This document shows positions 1 to 9,928 of a DNA stretch of 21,756 nucleotides, one piece after another; position 1 is the stretch's first letter, and each line of letters starts with the position of its first letter. Both the position numbers and the translations under genes were made by a program. Source of the DNA: Octopus sinensis (lineage: Eukaryota); the NCBI RefSeq assembly GCF_006345805.1, contig NW_021823643.1, positions 1-21,756 of the forward strand, written 5' to 3'. A model generated the notes under the pieces. It did not search any database and was not told where the DNA came from. It saw only the letters and a list, made by a program, of their open reading frames with translations.

Positions 1-176
1 TGTATATATGTATGTATATGTATGTATATATGATGTATATATGTATATATGTATATATGTATATATGTATATATGCATATATGTATGTATGTATATATGT
101 ATGTATGTAAGTATATATGTATGTATGTATGTGTGTGTGTGTATATGTATGTATATATATATATGTATGTATGTAT
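1..176. repeat. Compound (TA/TG/TATG)n microsatellite
   Basis: Near-uninterrupted tgtatatatgtatg-type repeats. Confidence 0.95.
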
Positions 177-344
177 GAATATATTCGTGATTGCGGTTTA
201 TTTTTTAAATTGGAATAAAGGCAATAGAGAACTGATAGAATTATGCGAAGTAGACCCTGTCACAGTTTATTTAGACAGCAGAACAGGGTGACTGTGACTT
301 CGAAGTTCCGTCGGTAGCGACTGCGATATGATACAGGCGAATTC

Positions 345-346
345 AC

Positions 347-382
<36 letters not shown>
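345..382. repeat. (GT)n microsatellite
   Basis: Direct reading of the sequence. Confidence 0.95.
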
Positions 383-383
<1 letters not shown>

Positions 384-1049
384 TATTTTGTCTCTCTAAA
401 CAAAATTTAAAACTGGGGCTGTTGCCAGGAAATTCGAACGCGAAATCTCACGACAACGGACATCTTTCCGTTTGTGATGTATATAGTTTTTTGTTAGACA
501 TAGAGGTAGGACAAAAATTACCGCGATCACCACCCTGGTTTGTGTGTGTGTATAAAAATTACCAAATTTAACCATCATTACTGACTAATAATAGTAAAGT
601 AATTTACTTTTAATGATGATGGTTATTAATCTAAATGTAAAGAATTAACTTGCGGTAGCTTCTAACTTGGCATCGGAACAGCTCTCTGTACTGCTGTAGC
701 CAATAGTATATATATGTACATGTGTGTGTGTGTGTGTCCGCGTGTGTATTTATAAAACTTGCGTATACAGTATATAATATAACGCTAGGCACACGTGCAC
801 AGTACATACATACGTTTATGTGTGTGTGTGTCAGTCAGAGAGATGAACAGATTCGAGTTTGGTTCAATTCAAATATATGTTTAAATTAGGAATATACTAT
901 TAATATTATAATGGCTACTGGTGTTAGCAAGGCTATATAATACACCTAAGCGTGTGTTTGTGTGCTTGCGGGTAATAATGTGAGCATTATCATACATGTA
1001 TCAGATGTTGCAGATGTGTATTACACATTTGATATTACAAATACATATT

Positions 1050-2046
1050 CATATATATGTGTGTGTGTGTGTGTGTATGCTTTGTTTGTATGTGTGTGTG
1101 TGTGCATGTCTATGTATTTATGTATATATATGCATATATGTATATATATATATGTATATGTGTGCATGTATATATATGCATATATGTATATGTGTGCATG
1201 TATATATATGCATATATGTATATGTGTGCATGTATATATATGCATATATGTATATGTGTGCATGTATATATATGCATATATGTATATGTGTGCATGTATA
1301 TATATGCATATATGTATATGTGTGCATGTATATATATGCATATATGTATATATATGTATATGTGTGCATGTATATATATGCATATATGTATATATATGTA
1401 TATGTGTGCATGTATATATATGCATATATGTATATATATGTATATGTGTGCATGTATATATATGCATATATATATATGTATATGTGTGCATTTATATATT
1501 GCATATATGTATATATGTATATGTGTGCATGTATATATATGCATATATGTATATGTGTGCATGTATATATATGCATATATGTATATATATGTATATGTGT
1601 GCATGTATATATATGCATATATGTATATATATGTATATGTGTGCATGTATATATATGCATATATGTATATATATGTATATGTGTGCATGTATATATATGC
1701 ATATATGTATATGTGTGCATGTATATATATGCATATATGTATATATAATGTATATGTGTGCATTTATATGCATATATGTATATATATGTATATGTGTGTG
1801 TATATATATGCATATATGATATATATGTATATTGTGCATGTATATATATGCATATATGTATAATATGTATATGTGTGCATGTATATATATGCATATATGT
1901 ATATATATGTATATGTGTGCATGTATATTATGCATATATGTATATATATGTATATGTGTGCATGTATATATATGCATATATGTATATATATGTATATGTG
2001 TGCATGTATATATATGCATATATGTATATATATGTATATGTGTGCA

Positions 2047-2089
<43 letters not shown>

Positions 2090-2287
2090 GCATGTATATA
2101 TATATATATGTGCATGTATATATATATATATGTGCATGTATATGTATATATATATGTGCATGTATATGTATATATATATATATATACATATATGCATGTA
2201 TATGTGTGCATGCATATATGCATGTATATGTGTGCATGCATATATATATATATATATATATGTGTGTGCATGTATATATGTATATAA
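1050..2287. repeat. Higher-order minisatellite of 32/42-bp alternating purine-pyrimidine units
   Basis: The unit gtatatgtgtgcatgtatatatatgcatatat (32 bp) and a variant with an extra gtatatatat (42 bp) repeat in tandem and decay at both ends. This explains all the M/Y/I/C/V/H/T-rich ORFs here. Confidence 0.95.
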
Positions 2288-2639
2288 CTCGCACATATAG
2301 ATATATATGCACATATTCTACATATCTACATACAAGTTTATAAGCATTTGATAAATATGAACCTCTGTAACCATTTTACATCATCCAGAAACTATTTAAC
2401 AGTTTCTTTCGACAAATATTTCACAATCCTCAAAAATTCCAAAAAGAGCAGCTGCCTAGTAAAGATCTGGAATATTGAAATATGGTCCCTTCAGACAAGA
2501 AGATAGACTGAGACAAAACTTTATCTCGGTTCCTTTATCTTTTAGAATTCAGATATCCGCATGTTTCGTCATATTGTTCCGAATTAATCAGAAATAATCC
2601 TATGCCTTTCAAGATTCCAATATTCTTTTGTTCTTCAAA

Positions 2640-2847
2640 TTGTTTCAGTCATTTGACTGCGGCCATGCTGGAGCACTGCGTTTGGTCGAACAAACCAACT
2701 CCAGGAATTGTTCTCTGTAAGCCTAGTTAGTACTTATTCTATCGGTCTCTTTTGCCAAACCGCTAAGTTATGGGAACGTAAACACACCAGCATTGACTGT
2801 CAAGTGATGGTCGTGGTTGGGGGGCCGAATACATGCTCACACACACA

Positions 2848-2887
<40 letters not shown>

Positions 2888-3040
2888 AGGCTTCTTTCAG
2901 TTTCTGTCTACCAAATTCACTCACAAGGCTTTGGTCGGCCTGAGGCTATAGTAGAAGTCACTTGCCCAAGGTGCCATGCAGTGGAACTGAACCTGGAACC
3001 ATGTGGCTGAGAAGCAAGCTTCTTACTACAGCCACTGCTG
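2640..3040 (-). mobile_element. tRNA-headed SINE (family A, internal microsatellite), near full length
   Basis: Reverse complement of the 14865-15233 copy: head gtggctgt...ggttcagttccact (B-box-like), ccttgggcaagt motif, central (TA)n and tail ccagcatggccgcagtcaaatgactgaaac. Confidence 0.9.
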
Positions 3041-3159
3041 TATATTTTTAGAATGACATTGGAGGGTAGGTGTGAGAGGCTAGATCTGGTAGGTTTGAAC
3101 AGAAACTCTGTAGAATATTTGGGCCAGGTACGGTCAGCTTAAATGGATTAACCAGTTAA
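3041..3159 (-). mobile_element. Half of a TTAA-type MITE (same family as 4211-4383)
   Basis: tttttagaatgacattggagggtaggtgtgagaggc matches the reverse complement of about 4240-4276 and also 3695-3730; it ends in gttaa. Confidence 0.6.
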
Positions 3160-3436
3160 GCATTATGGATAATCTGTCAATTGTATTGCTTGTTTAATCA
3201 CATTCTTTTGAATTAATCTTATAGCTTCAGGATTTCACGGTTAATTCTTTCCTTCTTTTACATGTTTTAGTCATTTGGAGTACCACCTTTAATCAAGCAA
3301 ATCGACCCCAGGACTTAGTAAGCCTAGTACTTATTTTACCAGTCTCTTTTGCCAAACGACTATGCTACGGGGACGTAAACACACCAGCATCGGTTGTCAA
3401 GCGATGTTGTGGGGACAAACAGACACACAAGCATAT

Positions 3437-3522
<86 letters not shown>

Positions 3523-3797
3523 TACATGACAGGCTTCTTTCAGTTTCCAGCTACCAAATCCACTCACAAGGCTTTGGTCAACCCGAGGCTATAGTAGAAG
3601 TCACTTGTCCAAAGGTACCATGCAGTGATACTGAATCTAGAACCGTGAGGTTGGTAAGCAAGCTTCTTACCCCACAGCCACTCCTGAGCCTATATTTTTA
3701 GAATGACATTGCAGGATATGTGTAAGTGGTTGGATGTGGTCAGTTTGAACATAAAATAGTTAAAATTTTTGGGATGGATTAAATGCTAAATGGTTAA
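3156..3797 (-). mobile_element. TTAA-type MITE split by a SINE insertion
   Basis: About 3160-3245 resembles the reverse complement of 4290-4383. 3691-3797 supplies the other half and ends aatgctaaatgg-ttaa. Confidence 0.6.
3254..3690 (-). mobile_element. tRNA-headed SINE (family A), near full length
   Basis: Same modules as 2640-3040, with a longer internal (TA)/(CA) tract; the head reads ggctcaggagtggctgtggggtaag on the minus strand. Confidence 0.9.
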
Positions 3798-3800
3798 TGT

Positions 3801-3935
3801 TTGTGAGTTTAATTCCTACTGCTGTCTGCTTTACTTTTCCATCCTTGCTGGGGTTAATAAAATAAAATGCCAGTGGTGGGATCAATATAAGTGGCTGTTC
3901 CTTTCCCCAAACATAAGATTGTGTCGTCCAAATTA
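3801..3935 (+). mobile_element. Degenerate Nin/Deu-domain SINE fragment (family C)
   Basis: gagtttaattcc...ttccatccttgctggggttaataaaataaaatgccagt aligns by eye to gagttcaaattcc...ttcatcctttcggggtcgataaattaagtaccagt. Confidence 0.6.
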
Positions 3936-4210
3936 GTGGCCCCTTCTTCTTCCTCTTGTACTTCTCAGTTATGTGGATCAGTAATTGAGCTATTGATCTG
4001 TACCACCATATTAGCCCCTTCAGCATTCTTTTGGCTCTTCTGGAAATAGGGATTTTTCTCCCCAGGTGGTTATTTATTCTTTGCTATATATCACTGCAGT
4101 CAGTTCTATAAGCAATTGGAAGGTTAGTTAGGTCATTAGATTTTAGAGTTTGAAGTTTCTATAAGTCTTGGAAATTAAAATTGTTTACTTTCAGTGAGCC
4201 ACATCTTTAA

Positions 4211-4383
4211 CTCTTTAGCCAAAATATTCTACCTGCTCTGGCCTCTCATACCTACCCTACAATATCATTGGAAAAATAAACACATCATTGAAATTTTGAA
4301 GCTAGAAGATAAGAAATGATTAATTGACAACAATGTAAATAAATAAGCATTACTTTTAACAGGGTAATATGAGTGCTGAAGGA
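4211..4383. mobile_element. piggyBac-type MITE (TTAA TSD), family 1
   Basis: ttaa at 4207-4210 and 4384-4387; degenerate TIRs ctctttagc / gctgaagga; related copies at 3041-3159 and 3156-3797. Confidence 0.7.
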
Positions 4384-4428
4384 TTAAACATCTATCAGTG
4401 ACTTTGGTGTCTCTGTTTAATAGTTTAA

Positions 4429-4651
4429 CCCTTTCATTACCAACCCAGCCGAAACCGGCTCTGACTCTGAGTACAAATGTCTTGTTTTCATAAGTTTTGA
4501 ATTAAAATCTTCCACCAAACTTTAGTCACAATTTATGTTCCTAACACTAGCTTAATAATGATAACTAAGTTATTTTACTAGATTCTTTGCTATATTTAAA
4601 CTAATTGAAAGAAACACAGAGCATCTCAACAGAAATAGGGTAACAAAAGGG
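4429..4651. mobile_element. piggyBac-type MITE (TTAA TSD), family 2
   Basis: ttaa at 4425-4428 and 4652-4655; TIRs ccctttcattacc / ggtaacaaaaggg (11/13 complementary) with the CCC...GGG ends typical of piggyBac. Confidence 0.85.
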
Positions 4652-5654
4652 TTAACCAAAAGTCTAGGGTCTTTATAATGTCCTGGTACTTTCCATTTGT
4701 TTTCTCTTGCAGAAAATCTAGGCTAAGTCTAATGTTCAGATGTTGTGCTCAGAATTTTGAACAATCTCATCCATGGGGTTTCTTTTGCTGGTGACACCGC
4801 GCCTAAATTTTACTTCTTTTGGTGTTGGTGCTCCGTCGGTTCCTCTTCTGCAGTGACCTGGTTTTTCATAAAATCATTTTGGACAGAAGTAAAACCCATT
4901 TGTTTTGTTCAGAGGACCACTGTAGCTTTTTGTTACCCATATATTCTCTGCCATTTAGCTTTGGATATCTTGTTTCAATCATTCTTTGATTTCTAACATT
5001 TTCCTCCTTCGTTTCATTATCTTTCTGCAATAACAGTTTCACTCCTTATATTATGATATTCCCACTATGAGTACATCTGATGACCTACTCCCTTTTCTTT
5101 CCAACAACACACTGCCTGCTATATACATTATTTCAGTTAACCTGGTGCTATTAATGATCGTGTCCTTCTTTATTTATCTTTCCTTTTGCTGTATCTCCCT
5201 CTCTGTTGAATTATATCCTTCAGAAGTACACTTCCACAGTACAGTATGAAGATCTATTGTTTTTAGTTTCCTAATCATTTCACCCTTCATGTTGTATTGC
5301 TTACGATCCTGCTTCAGAATTTCTTGTTCTTAGATCTTCTCCATATTCCCTTTTTATTTATATCATTGTTTGTATTGTTCCGGTTCATGTTTTGATTGTC
5401 AAAATTGTTCTGTAGGTGTTTTGGAGATCAGGTCTTCCATTTTTGCTGAATGTCAACCTAATACAGCCTATTTGTTGTTACCTCACATATCTGTTCTTTC
5501 ATATTTTTTTTTGTATCATTTTGAACCATATCTGTGTGTGCGTGGTGTGTGAGTATGTGCATATATATATATATATATATAACTTAGAAAGGTTTTGGCC
5601 AGTATTGGCCCAGGCCATGTCTAACTTAATAGCATATATATAATAGCATATAGA

Positions 5655-5703
5655 GTCCAACCCATGCTAGCATGGAAAGCGGACGTTAAACGATGATGAT
5701 GAT
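5655..5703 (+). mobile_element. 3' tail of RTE-tailed SINE/LINE (family B)
   Basis: gtccaacccatgctagcatggaaagcggacgttaaac(gat)n, shared with 6757-6920, 8527-8618 and 9924-10080. Confidence 0.8.
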
Positions 5704-5750
<47 letters not shown>

Positions 5751-6756
5751 TACACACACACACATATATATATATGCTAACTGAAAATAAACTAATGAAA
5801 GGAGTATGAAAATACAATTTACTCAAGTATGTCCACCCTTGTACATATATACGTACATCCATGGTATACAAATACTTTGAAAGGCAAGTCTGTATTACAT
5901 ACATGTATACTTTATATAACTAGTGAGAGAGACAGAGAGTGTATCAGACAAGTATTCTAACTTGTACATTTTACTGTTAAAAAAATGTGTCTATTTTTAA
6001 TTTCTAATTCATTATATATGATGTTGTGTGTGTGTGTATCGGTATGCGTACACTTATTATTCACATGTTTACAAATATATACGTATATACATGTACTTTT
6101 AAAAATGTATTGGTTGCTATGCGCATAAACACAGCACACATTTTTAGACATGCATGTGAGCATGTGCAAGTTAATATAGCTTTTTTACTCCAGGGCTTAT
6201 AGGTTTAACATCCAGTCATTCATGCATGTGTGTGTGTGTGTGTGTGTGTTTGTAGACATACATATGTGTGTGCATGACTAGAGTATTAAGAAACACCTAC
6301 ACTGCTAGAAATAAGAGCTAAAATGCTCTAATGCTGCGGTTAACGCACATGAATAAAAGCATGTACATTAACAGGGACCTGAATTGTTCGAAAAGTGCCA
6401 ATCAGTAATTCTTAATACTGACATCACACCCAAGTCACATTCAGTGACAATTAAGATTCTCCTCTTTGGTGAAATATTGCAATCTGCTGTTTATATTATA
6501 CAATATATATGTTGTATAATGAAACTGTATACCCCTCCTGGTAAAAAGTGGTAGGACTCAGCCATTATAAATAAACCAGCAGCCGGTTATCAAGAGTCAA
6601 CAGTTCTAGTCGGTGTCTTGTGGGGCTATCAGCAATAGTAAGACAGAAGTTAGTGTATCGCTATTCTGATACAAAAAGATACAAAGGAATCCGATGACTA
6701 GTAACTATTGTGGTTACTAGTGTAAAACAGGACAGAACCCCGCACCCATGCTAGTA

Positions 6757-6920
6757 GCATGTAAAAGCACCCATTAGACTCTTGGAGTGGTTGGCATTGG
6801 GAAGGGCATCCAGCTGTAGAAACCATGCCAAATCAGACTAGAGTCTGGTGCAACCCCTCAGCTTACCAGCCCTGGTCAAACTGTCCAACCCATGCCAGCA
6901 TGGGCAACGGACATTAAATG
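6757..6920 (+). mobile_element. RTE-tailed SINE (family B), 5'-truncated
   Basis: catgtaaaagcaccc...gagtggttggcattgggaagggcatccagctgtagaaac...gtccaacccatgccagcatgg. Confidence 0.85.
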
Positions 6921-7091
6921 CTACACACACATATATACAGACACCCACTGGTGTGTGGATGTGGGTTTAGTAATGATGTAATTATTTAAAGGCGTAGCAT
7001 AGTATCCACATATATTACACAGGTTCTTCAGATGTCTGTCATTACTGTGCAGACACTAATTTGTACAATGTCCAAATGAATTGAGTCATTA

Positions 7092-7415
7092 AGTGGCTGT
7101 GTGGTAAGTAGCTTGCTTAGCAACCAAATGGTTCTGGGTTCAGTCCCACTGTGTGGCACTTTGGGCAAGTGGATTTGGCAGATGGAAACTGAAAGAAACC
7201 TGAGATATATATGTGTGTGTATATATCTGTCTGTCCCCCCAACATCGCTTGACAACTGATGCTGGTGTGTGTACATCTCTGTACCTTAGCAGTTTGACAA
7301 AAGAGACTGATAGAATAAGTACTAGGCTTACAAAGAATAAGTCCTGGAGTCAATTTGCTTGACTAAAGGTGGTGCTCCAGCATGGCCACAATCAAATGAC
7401 TGAGACAAGTAAATG
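7092..7415 (+). mobile_element. tRNA-headed SINE (family A) with a 41-bp internal deletion
   Basis: Head agtggctgtgtggtaagtagcttgc...gggttcagtccc; collinear with 14865-15233 except for a deletion at about 7170. Confidence 0.9.
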
Positions 7416-7729
7416 AATGGAGCATGCCTACTAAATTCTAGATTAAATATTTAAATGCATCAAATAACAATTTATTTTTTTAAAAATAAATCTTTAAAGA
7501 ATAAATGGTATCTATTTGCTTTTTACTGGTTGTGTGTGTATGATGTAGATGGGGTTAAAATCCAAGCTGCATATTCCATTTTCCCAAATCCGTACGTAGA
7601 TGTTATATTTGTGCGAGGAATACATAAGAGTCGAAAATACTGAGAAATATTTTGTGCAGAGTCGTGTAATATCAAAACAGGAGATAGGAAAATAATACCA
7701 AAAAAACTTTTCCTATATCCTGTTTATAG

Positions 7730-7903
7730 ATAGCGAGATGAGATGTCTTTATATAATGGTGTCTTCCCACGTTAATGTACCCCAGTAAATCATATATGAA
7801 TGAATCCCTCCCACCCACCCGTCCAAACTTTCCAAATACCAAAAATAGGTTTCCTCCACATCTCATTCGCTTGTCTCCGGTCATTATAAACTGAAGCAAC
7901 AGA
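7730..7903 (+). other. Candidate non-coding (UTR, lncRNA or poison) exon
   Basis: Acceptor ttttcctatatcctgtttatag (AG at 7728-7729) and donor aga|gtgagt (GT at 7904-7905) bound 174 bp of unique sequence with stops in all three frames. The only support is splice signals. Confidence 0.3.
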
Positions 7904-8329
7904 GTGAGTATTTTGGGGTTTTTTTTCCCCCCTTTCTTTGGATTTTTATTTGTTGGGTTTACGTTTTTCCCCTTTCTTTGTCTCTCCCCACCGCCTTTAT
8001 CTCCAGAACATCTCTTCCTCTGCCACATCATTCGGTTGTTCACTGATTGAAATAAAACATTTTTCAAACCCATAAATTGTGTATGCACACACACTCTTTC
8101 TCTCTCTCTCTCTTGGTTTGCTTGATGTTGAACAGTATTTTGGGTGTTGGTCATGAAAGTCTATCCACTATTATCTTCATCACTCTGATTCCTACATCTT
8201 TATTTCAGTACTACCTCCAAGACAACAATAATGAATACACACGGCCAGTTTATTATCAGTCTCTCTCTGTATTTATGGACACACAGACACACACACGCAT
8301 GTGTGTCTATGTATGTCCCTCTCCCTCGC

Positions 8330-8528
8330 TTTACTCTTCTACTTGTTTCAGTCATTTGACTGTGGCCATGCTGGAGCACTGCCTTTACTCGAGCAAATCG
8401 ACCCCAGGACTTATTCTTTGTAAGCCTAGTACCTATTCTATCGGTCTCTTTTGCCGAAACGCTAAGTTACGGGGACGTAAACAAACCAGCATCGGTTGTC
8501 AAACGATGTTGGGGACACACAGACACAT
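8330..8528 (-). mobile_element. 3' half of family A SINE
   Basis: Reverse complement of about 7225-7412 and about 15030-15230. Confidence 0.9.
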
Positions 8529-8618
8529 TGGAGCCTGGTGCAGCCTCCTGGCTTCCCAAACCCCGGTTGAACCGTCCAACCCATGCTAGCATGGAAAGCG
8601 GACATTAAACGATGATGA
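8527..8618 (+). mobile_element. 3' part of family B SINE, abutting the family A copy
   Basis: attggagcctggtgcagcc...ccgtccaacccatgctagcatggaaagcggacattaaacgatgatgat. Confidence 0.85.
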
Positions 8619-8904
8619 TAAAGTTTCTTTCCAACAATGTTCACACTTGTGGAATACACTTGCCCTAGATGTCACACAGTGAAGAGGGATCCCAAAACCA
8701 GCAACCTTCATACACACACAGCTATAGCTTTGGCTAAGAGAGAAGGAGAGAGAGAGAGAGAGAGGGGCAGACAATGAGAGATCATGTGTGTAAGATGTAT
8801 AGATTTTTCTATGATGACCTTTGACAGTTATTTGGAAATGCAAATCTTTAATTCTTTTCATATCAACCCACTTGGAACCATCTTGGTTCCATCTTTTTTC
8901 TCCT

Positions 8905-9150
8905 CCTATTTCAATCATTAGGCTGTAGAGACTACAGCCATGCTGGGACACCACCTTGATGTTTTAGTCAAATGAATCAACCCCCAGCATTTTTTTTTTA
9001 TTAAGCATGGTACCTACTCTATCAGTCTCTTTTGTCAAACCACTAATATTACAGGGATGTAAACATACCAACACCAGTTGCCAAGCTGTGATGGGACACA
9101 TACACACTAGACCCAGAACCATGTCGTTGGCAAACAAAACTTCCTGCCAT
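8905..9150 (-). mobile_element. Degenerate family A SINE
   Basis: cagccatgctgggacaccaccttga...ctatcagtctcttttgtcaaaccactaa...ccagaaccatgt; most CpG sites are mutated. Confidence 0.75.
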
Positions 9151-9894
9151 CTAGTTGACTGATGGCAAATTCTCTGTCTTACTGTTTCCTATCCTTTAGG
9201 ATGCCCTGTCTTTTTTGACCCTGAGTCTATATTTTGCTTGTTTCTTATTTCATCTTTGTCCATTGTCTTAAATCACATTTATTCACTTTCATATGTCCAC
9301 TCTGTATTGTTTTGTTTGCTCTCGGCCCTATATCCTCTAACTTTCATGGGCACCACCAGCATGGGAAGTTCTGAGTCTAAGCATTAATGGCACGAAACTA
9401 AGTCATACCATTTGGTTGATAACTGAAGAATTAGGGATCCTCTGTGTTGGTCTCCCATCTGATTTTACACTCAGTATACATTGTCGTTTATTTACAATAC
9501 ATTTTTTCATTTGTTATATGTGTGTGTGTGCGTGTGTGTGTATATATATAAATATATGTATATATGTGTGTGTATGTATGTATTTGTGTTCTGTTTTTAA
9601 TTTTATTTGATATATTCTCTCTCACCTCTGCCACTATCTGGCATATACAGGTGCTTAAACTTATCAAGTATTCACCCTAACTTCACAGTACCTATATATA
9701 TATATATATATATATATAGATGTGTATTTTTCCCTTGTTAACAATTAACATGGAAAAAATATATAAATAGTTACCAGGGTAGCAAAATATCACAAGAAAA
9801 AGGTTGTAACTCCTTGTTTTTAAAGGTAGAAACTTCGGGTTTACGTGAAATATTTTGTATAATATATATAAATAAATAAATGGAGTTTAACTTC

Positions 9895-9923
<29 letters not shown>

Positions 9924-9928
<5 letters not shown>

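Larger units (their letters stand above)
3945..5530 (-). mobile_element. Decayed R4/Dong-like non-LTR retrotransposon (pre-RT and RT N-terminus), interrupted by two MITEs
   Basis: Manual minus-strand translation across stops and frameshifts gives, in order: LKQDIQ/AKWQRI (about 4980-4940), EQNKW/FYFCPK*FYEK, KWKVPGHY (4700-4675), DFWLNY*TET, WLTESK/TILISK (4205-4168) and LFPEEPKEC*RG*YGGTDQ (4050-3995). These match the R4/Dong motifs I recall: LKQKIQAKAQRI, WKAPGxD, FWLK, WLTxGxTxLIPK and FPEEQKGCRRGxxGCxDQLLI. The outer limits are approximate. Confidence 0.8.

Noticed and set aside
395-475. Minus-strand gttcgaatt B-box-like motif suggesting a tRNA
   Set aside because: There is no cloverleaf or A box; at most it is a decayed SINE head.
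962-2343. Many overlapping 130-285 aa ORFs on both strands
   Set aside because: They are translations of the RY minisatellite, low in complexity and open only because stop codons are rare there.
2340-2635. Unique-looking segment as a possible exon or retroelement ORF
   Set aside because: The frames I examined contain stops, and I found no recognisable motif or paired splice sites.
2708-3010. 100-aa ORF and similar ORFs at 7117, 8077, 14633, 14875 and 15057
   Set aside because: They are wholly or partly antisense readings of family A SINE copies.
3760-4026. 88-aa ORF containing YRSIAQLL, resembling the RT motif YRPISLL
   Set aside because: The true LINE frame is an adjacent one (LFPEEPKEC*RG), and the ORF also crosses SINE and MITE sequence.
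6708-6720. Small hairpin ctagtaac/gttactag (about 6698-6720)
   Set aside because: An 8-bp stem is expected by chance, and terminator logic does not apply to this eukaryotic DNA.
7672-8154. 160-aa minus-strand ORF
   Set aside because: It crosses (GA)n and poly-purine tracts, has no domain signature and lacks supporting splice context.
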